This document shows positions 44,811 to 52,800 of a DNA stretch of 64,000 nucleotides, piece by piece. The translations under genes and the position numbers were made by a program. The stretch comes from a bacterium (GTDB taxonomy: Bacteria > Vulcanimicrobiota > Vulcanimicrobiia > Vulcanimicrobiales > SCRA01). How positions within the stretch are numbered: the first letter of the stretch is position 1; each line of letters begins with the position of its first letter. The stretch lies in NCBI GenBank assembly GCA_004298665.1, contig SCQY01000356.1:17485-81484 (forward strand). Reading direction: 5' to 3'. Under the pieces are notes generated by a model. That model searched no databases, was not told where the DNA came from, and saw only the letters and a program-made list of their open reading frames with translations.

Positions 44811-45920
44811 GTGAGAGACCCCAAATCGCGCCGCCCCGGGGGAGTAGCCGCATCGAGCGGGGCGTCGGCCAGCAATCCACTCTACATGCCACAGCGAGAA
44901 AAAGCTGGAGCCGCCACGTTCGACCGCTTCAACTTCCAGTACGACTGGGCTCTCTACGAGTTTCTGGAGCAGTACAAGGAAGACCGCGCAAGCATCGTAT
45001 TCGTCGAGTTCCATGAAGATGTAGTCTTCAGTTCATCGTTGGATGCGGCTGAGGCCAGATTTGTTTTTTGCCAGGTCAAAGCTGGCGCGAGTGCCAATTT
45101 CAACAAGAAATCGCTCGTCAAACGAGTAAAGCAGAAGCCGTCCGTTCTCGGGAAAATGTTCACTAGCGTGGGTGACAAAAGGATAGCCGAACGGGTCGAC
45201 AAGGTTCGCCTTGTTGCCACCGGCGGATTCAAACTCGAGCTTGCGGAGAAAGGCTTCCAACTCGAAGAAATCCCGTGGGATGCGCTAACACCGGAGACCG
45301 CGAACGAGATAGGCGCGGCACTCGCAGCGGAACTTGGGACGGACTGTGCGCTGGAAAAACTTCACTTTCACAAGCCTCGACTTGCCGAGTTGCAGCACCG
45401 AAGAACCGTCATCGGGTTGATAGCCGACCTTATAAGCGAGCGGGTTCCGAATGAAGGCGGAAACTGCCAGGCCATTTATCTTGCTCTACAGGATGAACTC
45501 CGACGAAAAGGTGTCGTGACTTGGGACTACTCCGACTGGGAGAGCCTAGTGCGCAACAAGGGGCTCACTGGCCAGCGGGTGGACGCACTGTTCGAACAGT
45601 TTGCTTCATCGGACACGGCCGAAGAGCTGCTCTCCGACTTCGACTATGCAACGGCCGACCTTCAATTCGAACCGCGAGAGCGGCGAAAACTTCGACACGC
45701 GGCGCAAACCTACGTCCTGAATACACTGGATGGTGGGTCTCTCGCGCACCTGCAAGTACGAGGGTCAATTTGCAGGCACCTGCAGAGCGATTTTCCCCTG
45801 AGGCTAAGCGTTGAGCATCTGACGCGTCTGGTGGATGCTTGCCCTGATGTCGCGCGCGGACAACTCGTCGACCGGACCTCCCTGACCGCCGCTTACATTA
45901 TCGAATACCTGAGAGCGTGA
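44811..45920 (+). CDS. lmuA: Cap4-type dsDNA nuclease (DUF4297) protein; LmuA-like effector
   Basis: FDRFNFQYDWALYEFL...IVFVEFHEDVVF...FVFCQVKAG is the DUF4297/Cap4 nuclease pattern (GF.YQ ... E..ED ... QVK). Start uncertain: GTG 44811 or ATG 44886. The Lamassu assignment is tentative. Confidence 0.6.
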   Translation: MRDPKSRRPGGVAASSGASASNPLYMPQREKAGAATFDRFNFQYDWALYEFLEQYKEDRASIVFVEFHEDVVFSSSLDAAEARFVFCQVKAGASANFNKKSLVKRVKQKPSVLGKMFTSVGDKRIAERVDKVRLVATGGFKLELAEKGFQLEEIPWDALTPETANEIGAALAAELGTDCALEKLHFHKPRLAELQHRRTVIGLIADLISERVPNEGGNCQAIYLALQDELRRKGVVTWDYSDWESLVRNKGLTGQRVDALFEQFASSDTAEELLSDFDYATADLQFEPRERRKLRHAAQTYVLNTLDGGSLAHLQVRGSICRHLQSDFPLRLSVEHLTRLVDACPDVARGQLVDRTSLTAAYIIEYLRA

Positions 45921-47677
45921 GATGGCGTTGCCAAACTACAAACTGCTCGTCAGAAAGCTACGCACCAAAGCCTATGAGCGCATTGATATTCAAGAGACTG
46001 TTCGTTCAATCGACTACCCAAAAACTCGCAGGTCAGTTCCGATTCGAACCCGGCTTAAACCTGATAACGGGCGATGACAATTCCATCGGCAAATCTACGC
46101 TCGTACGATTGCCGCTATGGACTCTGGGCTGCGATTTCAATTTCGACGCCAGCTGGACCGCACTCGACGTCAGAACAATTCTGGAGTTCGAGGTTGATGG
46201 CCATGCGCTTCTTGCCGCACGCCATCGTAACAAGATACGTCTCAAGGTAGGACAAGAGGAATGGCACGATTATCACAGCACCAGTGATGCCTACGAGCAG
46301 GAATTTGCGAGCATGGTGCACTTCGGTGCGTTGTTGCCACGCCGTAAGCAAAAATGGATTCATGAGGTACCTCCGCCGGCGTGCTACTTTTCGGCTTTCT
46401 ACGTCGACCAGCGTCGTGGATGGACGGAACCGTGGGGCAGCTTCGTCATGCACAAATACGAGGATTGGCGACGCCCCGTTATCAGCTTCCACGCCGGCTA
46501 TCATTCGGCGACCTATTTTGAGGTCGGTGCCGAGATAGCGAAGCAGCGGCAAAATATCGACGATGACGAGGGGCTCATCGGGAAGTATGGGCGCGCCGTT
46601 GAGGTTCTGAACTTGCTTGCTCCGCCGGAAGAACTCCCGGAAACCGATGTTGAGCTCGATTCTGCAATCTCAGACATTCAGAACTCTATGGTTGCCGTTA
46701 AGCGCCGTGAACAGCGCGCGTTATCGTTGCTGCGTGGCAAGCAGGAAGAACTCGAAGTCACGAAGGTCCAGCGTGGAATTGCACAAGCAGCCGTTGACGA
46801 CCTCGAGAAAGACTACGACTTTGCCGTCACGCAGCTGCGCGACGATGTCCTCATCTGTCCACTTTGCGGCACCTCGCACGACAATACCCTGCTCGAGCGT
46901 GCATCGCTTTTGCAAGACCGCGCTCAAGCGGAGCAGCAGGTAGCCGTGCTCACGGCAGCGCAGTCGAAAATCGAAACCACAATCGAAACGACGCTCCGGC
47001 GACTCGACGCTGTTCGCGAAGAACTATCGAAACTCAACCGCCGCTTCAAGCGCCTCGACAAAGACGTGACAGTCAAGAGCATCCTCGAAACCATGGGGAC
47101 GGATTCTGTGCGCCGTCGCGCGGAGGAGGTAACGGCCACCACGAGATTGCGACTGCGCGCTAACAAGAAGACCCTCGCACAACAGCGTGCGGCACAGAAC
47201 GACCTCATCGAGGAGGGAAAAGCGGAGAGTATCAACGTCTACTATCAAAGAGAGCTAGCCGGCCTATGCGATGCCCTGCGCCTCTCCCCGGCCTTCGATG
47301 TGAAGACGGCATTGCCAACTGGATACAAGGAGTTAGCTGTCTCCGGTGGTGGTGCGGACAGCTCTCGCCTGCAGTTGGCCTATCACCTGGCGATGCATAG
47401 TCTTATTCGCCACTTCAAGACCGAGGTACTTGCTCCGTTGATTCTCGACACGCCGAATCAGCAGGACCAGGGAGCGCTCAACTACAGCCTTGTTTCGGTG
47501 GAACTCAAGCGCCGTGCGACGAAAGACACGCAGTTTTTTGTATGCGCGACTCGTCATCCGGCAATGCAGGCACTTGAGAACGATTCCACGGTCATCGAAC
47601 TTGGCCAGAACCGGCTGCTCTCTGCGGAATCGCACAAACGTCTCGAGGCTGGGTTTGCTCGTGTTTTCAGTCAATAG
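45917..47677 (+). CDS. lmuB: SMC/Rad50-like ABC ATPase with long coiled coil; LmuB-like
   Basis: LNLITGDDNSIGKSTLV (Walker A), a ~250-aa heptad-rich middle with a central CPLCG, and C-terminal LILDTPNQQDQ (Walker B-like, compare LmuB LDQPSQ). The GTGA overlap with the upstream gene gives one start; ATG 45974 (MSALIFKRLF) is the alternative. Confidence 0.6.
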   Translation: MRWRCQTTNCSSESYAPKPMSALIFKRLFVQSTTQKLAGQFRFEPGLNLITGDDNSIGKSTLVRLPLWTLGCDFNFDASWTALDVRTILEFEVDGHALLAARHRNKIRLKVGQEEWHDYHSTSDAYEQEFASMVHFGALLPRRKQKWIHEVPPPACYFSAFYVDQRRGWTEPWGSFVMHKYEDWRRPVISFHAGYHSATYFEVGAEIAKQRQNIDDDEGLIGKYGRAVEVLNLLAPPEELPETDVELDSAISDIQNSMVAVKRREQRALSLLRGKQEELEVTKVQRGIAQAAVDDLEKDYDFAVTQLRDDVLICPLCGTSHDNTLLERASLLQDRAQAEQQVAVLTAAQSKIETTIETTLRRLDAVREELSKLNRRFKRLDKDVTVKSILETMGTDSVRRRAEEVTATTRLRLRANKKTLAQQRAAQNDLIEEGKAESINVYYQRELAGLCDALRLSPAFDVKTALPTGYKELAVSGGGADSSRLQLAYHLAMHSLIRHFKTEVLAPLILDTPNQQDQGALNYSLVSVELKRRATKDTQFFVCATRHPAMQALENDSTVIELGQNRLLSAESHKRLEAGFARVFSQ

Positions 47678-47857
47678 CTTGGGCGTCGCCGTAACGCTGC
47701 AATCTAAAAACAGGCGGATATCGGTGGCGCAAACTAGTCATGTGGGCAAATCCCCTATGCGGTCGGCGTTCGCGCGAATGTCGGCGGGCAGTACAGCCCG
47801 GCAAAGTCCGCGGACAGGCTAGAATTCGTTGCTACGACAAATTCGCGGTCTCGCATC

Positions 47858-49420
47858 ATGAATATTTCCGAAATTCTCGCTCGCCAGCTTCACGCACATA
47901 GTTCAGGCCCATTCTTGTTCGCGGGCTCAGGACTTTCTCGACGGTACCTTGCCCTGGATGACTGGGCGGGATTACTGCGTCGGTTCTGTCAGCATGTCAA
48001 GCCGTACGAGTATTACTTTTCATCAGCAAACGGAGACTTGCCGACTGTTGCGGCCACCATGGCGGAGGATTTTCATGAAGTATGGTGGACGCGTGAGGAG
48101 TACGCGGGCAGCCGTGAGAAGCATTCGAAGAAGATTGCCGACCGGACCGGGCCGCTCCGTGTGGAGATTTGCGATTACCTGCGGAGTGTCGGAATTGCGG
48201 ACCTTAGCCAGAGCGCTTTCGCTGACGAACTCGCCGCGCTGAGCCGGTTAAATGTTGACGGTATCATTACAACAAACTGGGATACATTCCTTCAATCGCT
48301 CTTTCCTGACTACAGGGTGTACGTCGGTCAAGACGAATTGCTATTTTCAAATCCACAATCCATCGGTGAAATATACAAAATCCACGGGTGCGTGAACACT
48401 CCGAGGAGTTTGGTTCTAACAAGCGCCGACTATAGCAATTTCAATGAGCGGAATGCTTATCTCGCGGCGAAACTCATCACAATCTTTGTCGAGCATCCCG
48501 TGATTTTCATGGGTTACTCACTGAATGACGCAAATATCATATCTCTGCTTAAAGCAATCTGCACGTGCATCGGTCAGGACAAGCTGCAGCAGTTGAACAA
48601 CAACCTGATTTTCGTTCAACGCTCCCGCGACGGTGAGAACGATTCGATTTCACAAACGGTCATCGCGCTAGAAAAAGTGCAAATCCCAATAACGCTAATT
48701 AAGGCGGGGTCATTTGTTGGTGTCTATGAGGCCATCGAGTCGACGAAGCGGAAGATTCCTGCTCGGGTTCTTCGCTACTGCAAAGAACAGCTTTACGAGC
48801 TAGTCAAAACTACCGAGCCGCATGGCAAGCTGGTGGTCGTCGATGTCGACCAGGTTAATGGTCGCGAGGACATTGAGTTTGTTGTCGGCGTTGGGGTTGC
48901 TGCCGAGAGGGAGGAGGAGGAGCAGCGTCTCCTTGGGGACGTTGGTTATCGCGGTATCAAGCCAATTGACCTCTTCGAGGACCTCATATTCAAGAATAAG
49001 GAGTATGAGGCACGCCGGGTTCTTCTGGAGGCGATGCCGCAAATTTCAAAGGGGCTGACGTACCTTCCAATGTTCTATCTCTTGCGAGCAGCAGGTATCA
49101 ATAACGCAGAAGAATACGCGGCGTCGGGATACGATGTGGACAAGTATGTACGGTTGACGCCCGCGGCATTTAAGGCAAAGAGTCTGGCAAAGGGGTTCAT
49201 GCGCAACTATCGGGAATTGAGCGTCACTGAAATGATTCAGAAATGCACTCCCGAAATTGTCGCTCAGTACCTACCGTTTACCGAATGGAGACGTGAAGAC
49301 TACGATGTAATCGGAAAGTTTCTTGCCGCGAACATCGACCGATTCCGTACCTCAAACTATTCCACTGCATTTCGTAAATTGGCCTGTCTGTACGACCGCG
49401 CGGTGTTTGGGTGGGAGTAG
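47858..49420 (+). CDS. SIR2-like (SIR2_2) domain protein with unknown C-terminal domain
   Basis: FLFAGSGLSRRY, GIITTNWDTF (Asn), IYKIHGCVNTP (His), and IFMGYSLNDANI form the SIR2_2 block order. The C-terminal ~250 aa are unassigned. The gene is visibly AT-richer than its surroundings. Confidence 0.75.
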   Translation: MNISEILARQLHAHSSGPFLFAGSGLSRRYLALDDWAGLLRRFCQHVKPYEYYFSSANGDLPTVAATMAEDFHEVWWTREEYAGSREKHSKKIADRTGPLRVEICDYLRSVGIADLSQSAFADELAALSRLNVDGIITTNWDTFLQSLFPDYRVYVGQDELLFSNPQSIGEIYKIHGCVNTPRSLVLTSADYSNFNERNAYLAAKLITIFVEHPVIFMGYSLNDANIISLLKAICTCIGQDKLQQLNNNLIFVQRSRDGENDSISQTVIALEKVQIPITLIKAGSFVGVYEAIESTKRKIPARVLRYCKEQLYELVKTTEPHGKLVVVDVDQVNGREDIEFVVGVGVAAEREEEEQRLLGDVGYRGIKPIDLFEDLIFKNKEYEARRVLLEAMPQISKGLTYLPMFYLLRAAGINNAEEYAASGYDVDKYVRLTPAAFKAKSLAKGFMRNYRELSVTEMIQKCTPEIVAQYLPFTEWRREDYDVIGKFLAANIDRFRTSNYSTAFRKLACLYDRAVFGWE

Positions 49421-49662
49421 GGGGAAACATTCCGGACATAGAAACGTCCAGAACATACGCCGCCGCACTCCGACGATGCAAGGGCGTGGTGAACTTAGTT
49501 CGTCGCCTTCGACCATCTGCTCGGGGATGAAGCACTTGCTTTTTGCAAGAAGGTACTGGTAGAGGAAATGAGGCGCACCGCTCGAACCTCTTCTGCGAGG
49601 AACCGCCTCAGCGATAGACCACTCGCTTCCTGCGGTTCGTCCCACCGTTGAGCGAACCCCGT

Positions 49663-50181
49663 TCAAAGCGCTCCGGTGAGCAACTGGTGCATCAACGCGA
49701 GATGGTGATAAATCTGCCGCTCCTTGTTCTTTGGCAACCCCGGAAAGTGCTGCTCGGCAACGTCATTTGCATATGCTTGTAGCGCTTCGTCATTTCCGAA
49801 TGCCCGCGGAGCCTCGCGGACGCGCTGAATCAATTTTCCAGCCGCTTGCAGAAACTTCTCGCCGACGGTGCCGACGTCGCGCTCGATGTCGTCGGAAACG
49901 AAATGTTCAACCCAGACCTCCGCTCCTCGTTCCTTATAGGTTGCGTGAATCGCGACGGCTGACGGTTGACCGCCACCTGCTTCAAAGGCTGCACCCAGGA
50001 TTGTGTAGTCGCCGAATCCGAGCGCGACGTTCCGAAAATTCAGGTGACGGTCGGTGAAGAACTCAATACCTTCATAGTCGGAATTGCGTGCTTTACGCTG
50101 GAATTCGTCGTGGATGTCGACGACCTTGTCTCGGGGCAGGAGCGCACGATGTGCAGCGCTCATCCGCTCCTGCAGATTCAT
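49663..50181 (-). CDS. C-terminal half of a sce7725 / T4 'beta protein'-like protein (split ORF)
   Basis: 172 aa. ATGA overlap with the upstream 149-aa ORF. Together about 320 aa, which I recall as the usual size of the family. It is either a frameshifted pseudogene or a coupled two-ORF arrangement. Confidence 0.5.
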   Translation of the reverse strand: MNLQERMSAAHRALLPRDKVVDIHDEFQRKARNSDYEGIEFFTDRHLNFRNVALGFGDYTILGAAFEAGGGQPSAVAIHATYKERGAEVWVEHFVSDDIERDVGTVGEKFLQAAGKLIQRVREAPRAFGNDEALQAYANDVAEQHFPGLPKNKERQIYHHLALMHQLLTGAL

Positions 50182-50627
50182 GTGGAAGCGGACATTCGCC
50201 CTCTCGCCAACCGCTGCGCGTTCGCCTCAGTGAGCCGGGAGTTCAGGTAAAGTAAGGCTACGTCGCGCCCGCGATACCGCGCAAGAAAGTCCCTGATTTC
50301 GGGAATCGTTGTCGTATGCGTACATAGCAGGCCCGGAATCAACGCGCCATGCGTGTTGATGGCTTCTTCGACTGGCCCAATCCAGCCGTCAAAGTTGCCG
50401 GCGTGAAAATCGTGCTGATGTGGGTTAGTAACCACAACCAGGTTGTCACCGCCTTCGCCGAACTCATTCAGCACTCGAACCAAAGGGGCCGCGGCGCGAT
50501 TAACCGGTTCGAGGATTGGAATCAGAACGTCCCGGACAGGATAATTGACGCGCAGCGAGCGCAACGCCAGAAGCTCTGACTGGCGAGCATAAAGATATGG
50601 GAAGTACAAAATCCGGCCCTTTCGCAT
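50178..50627 (-). CDS. N-terminal half of a sce7725 / T4 'beta protein' (PF14350-like) protein
   Basis: ILYFPYLYARQSELLALRSL matches the family N-terminus as I recall it (Y.P.l+.+.gEl.AL+.l). Confidence 0.5.
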   Translation of the reverse strand: MRKGRILYFPYLYARQSELLALRSLRVNYPVRDVLIPILEPVNRAAAPLVRVLNEFGEGGDNLVVVTNPHQHDFHAGNFDGWIGPVEEAINTHGALIPGLLCTHTTTIPEIRDFLARYRGRDVALLYLNSRLTEANAQRLARGRMSAST

Positions 50628-50653
50628 TCCGCTGTTTTAGCGGAGAGAGGGTT

Positions 50654-51655
50654 TCAGGCAAGCCTGTACTTGATATCCTCTCTCAGAGCAGAGAGTGCGG
50701 TTTCTCTCTGTCGCCCCGACAACGGGGTGGCATAGCCGAGCACGCGCAAACTTTCCGGCGGCGCGGTCACGAAGTGCACAGTGTCCCCGTCGGTTTTCCT
50801 TTTTCTTAATGCGTGTACGAAGATATCATGTGCTTCCAACGGGGTAAACTCCTGGAATACGCTGCTGCAATACGCTTGAATAATCGCCGACGGCTTCACG
50901 ACCGGCATACCAGTCTTAAGCGATACCGCCTCGACATACTCAGCTCTCTGAAGGCAATTGAAGACAGCTTTCGGGGCGATGTTCTGCCGGTTGGTCGACG
51001 GCTCGCGAATCGGTCGCAGCGAGCCCCGGTCTGTGAGCGCGAGAACCCCGACCCGTGGGTCAACGATTTCTGCATAGCTGTCGGCGCAGTGCGGATGAGT
51101 CACGAGGCACACCCGGTCGAACGCCGTCAGATAGTCTGATGTCTGTGTCGTGAGCCGTCGTGGGGTATCAAATTCCGTTTTGATTTCGTAAGCTGTCGAT
51201 GTCCCGTTGAAAACGGCAACATCAACGATTGAGCGTCCCACTGGCAACTCGACGTGCAGGGCTGCCGTGTTTGGACTGTGTCTCCCGAAAACAATGCGGT
51301 TCGCGATTTCGGTCTTGTAGACAAACTCGTTACGGTATGCGCGACGCATCTCCTGCCACGCCGAATCGAATAGGGACGCCAGCGATTGTCTCTTCGACGT
51401 CGCAGTCAGTAGTTGGCGCTCGGCTAAGAAGCTGAGCGCCAACTGCCAGTTACCGGACCGAGCGATGTTCGCGAAAACCGGCCGCGTGAACATGCGCGCG
51501 AGAATGCGCAAGCGCTCGGCCGGGCTCAGGGCCCTCAGCATGGCACTCGATTTGGCTGACTGTCTAACGAGGTCGGGAGCAGGCATTCGGTAGGACGTTT
51601 TCGTTGGCGTCGATGTTCCGCGTGGGATGGGCGCTATTGTAATGCCGGTGTACAT
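50654..51655 (-). CDS. sce7726-like protein with PD-(D/E)xK nuclease-like core
   Basis: VELPVGRSIVDVAVFNGTSTAYEIKTEFD has the D...(E-x-K) restriction-endonuclease-fold motif. It ends 26 nt upstream of the sce7725-like ORF. Start uncertain (51655, or the internal Met residues MPAPDL / MLRAL). Confidence 0.55.
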   Translation of the reverse strand: MYTGITIAPIPRGTSTPTKTSYRMPAPDLVRQSAKSSAMLRALSPAERLRILARMFTRPVFANIARSGNWQLALSFLAERQLLTATSKRQSLASLFDSAWQEMRRAYRNEFVYKTEIANRIVFGRHSPNTAALHVELPVGRSIVDVAVFNGTSTAYEIKTEFDTPRRLTTQTSDYLTAFDRVCLVTHPHCADSYAEIVDPRVGVLALTDRGSLRPIREPSTNRQNIAPKAVFNCLQRAEYVEAVSLKTGMPVVKPSAIIQAYCSSVFQEFTPLEAHDIFVHALRKRKTDGDTVHFVTAPPESLRVLGYATPLSGRQRETALSALREDIKYRLA

Positions 51656-51816
51656 TCGGTCGCCAAGTCGACGGAATCAGTGCCAAACGATATCTATGAC
51701 CGCGGTGCTGCAGCCCGGCTCGGATTTGTACATCCCGGCGCCGAATCGCCAGCGCTGACCTCGTCCTTGCGTGCTGGGGCCGGGTTGGTACCCGCGGTGA
51801 GGCTCGGGACTCGCTG

Positions 51817-52662
51817 CTACGACCGCTTGCGTCGTGAAGCTTTAGCTTCCACCTCGTCCTGAGGTTCATCCGCTTCGATGACGCTGAGGATTTTGGTTAT
51901 GCGGAGCGCTGCCGCCTCGAGCATCGGTACGAGCAACGTCACTTCTTCGAGTGATTTCCGCGCCTTCGGCGCTGAAATACTTAGGCACGCAATGACGCGA
52001 CCGCTTGGCCCGGCAATTGGCACTGCCGCACCCACGACGCCAATCGCGAATTCGGAGTCGTTGGTGGCGTAGCCTTGCTTGCGAACAAGCTCGATTTCCT
52101 GACGCAGTCGGTCGGGGTCGACAATGGTGTAGGGAGTGATAGGTTCCCACGGGCCACTCAACATGTATGCGTCAAGCTGCTTCTTCTCCATGTAAGCGAG
52201 GAAGACCCGGCCGCTTGACGTGCAATGCACGGGCGCTCGATGGCCCTTCTGGAAGTTCAGCGTGAGTGGAGAGTTGCCGATGGCGCTGTCGATGTAGACG
52301 ACCTCCGACCCGCGCATCACCCCCAGGCTCACCGTCTCAGCGGTTCGTCGAGACAGCTCCATCAGGAGCGCATGAATCGGGCCATGCATCGTGGATGCGG
52401 CCAAGATATTGGTCGCGAGTTCCAGAAGCCGTGGCCCCACTTGGTAGCGCCCCCGCTCTATCCCATGTTCAAGGAATCCGAATTCTTCAAGATTGCTCAC
52501 AAGGCGGTGCGCGGTCGTCTTCGGAATACCAAGTGCAGTCACGATATCCGACGTCGCTACACGGCCGAGCTGCGCCGTCATTTCGATGATGTGGAAAGCG
52601 CGCTCGGTGGGGGATACTTCGGGTTCCGGCGGTTCGGGGGCTGAATTATCTGCCTTGCGCAT
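51817..52662 (-). CDS. IclR family transcriptional regulator
   Basis: Start MRKADN chosen. HTH is VATSDIVTALGIPKTTAHRLVSNLEEFGFL, followed by the IclR effector domain (GAAVPIAGPSGRVIACLSISAP). Confidence 0.85.
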   Translation of the reverse strand: MRKADNSAPEPPEPEVSPTERAFHIIEMTAQLGRVATSDIVTALGIPKTTAHRLVSNLEEFGFLEHGIERGRYQVGPRLLELATNILAASTMHGPIHALLMELSRRTAETVSLGVMRGSEVVYIDSAIGNSPLTLNFQKGHRAPVHCTSSGRVFLAYMEKKQLDAYMLSGPWEPITPYTIVDPDRLRQEIELVRKQGYATNDSEFAIGVVGAAVPIAGPSGRVIACLSISAPKARKSLEEVTLLVPMLEAAALRITKILSVIEADEPQDEVEAKASRRKRS

Positions 52663-52800
52663 GGCTGCTGACGTATCACGCTCGATGGACGAGGCCTCGT
52701 GCCTGGTCCGGGCGGCTGGTGCAATATATGGACGCATAGAATACCCGAAATCAAATCAAGGTCCTGGCGCCCAGCCTCCGCTAGACGCCGCTCTGCCCTA

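Larger units (their letters stand above)
28999..51700. mobile_element. Composite genomic island (mobilisation relic, IS66 stub, integrase relic, TA modules, Tn7-like module, defence genes)
   Basis: Gene content switches from chromosomal to mobile/defence genes between the decayed DUF692 gene and the IclR gene. A hand-aligned imperfect inverted module lies at both borders (29004-29025 vs 51671-51697). Boundaries are approximate. Confidence 0.5.

Noticed and set aside
47858-49420. Thoeris (ThsA) call for the SIR2 protein
   Set aside because: No TIR-domain ThsB gene is in the window, and the C-terminal region shows no obvious SLOG glycine-rich motifs.
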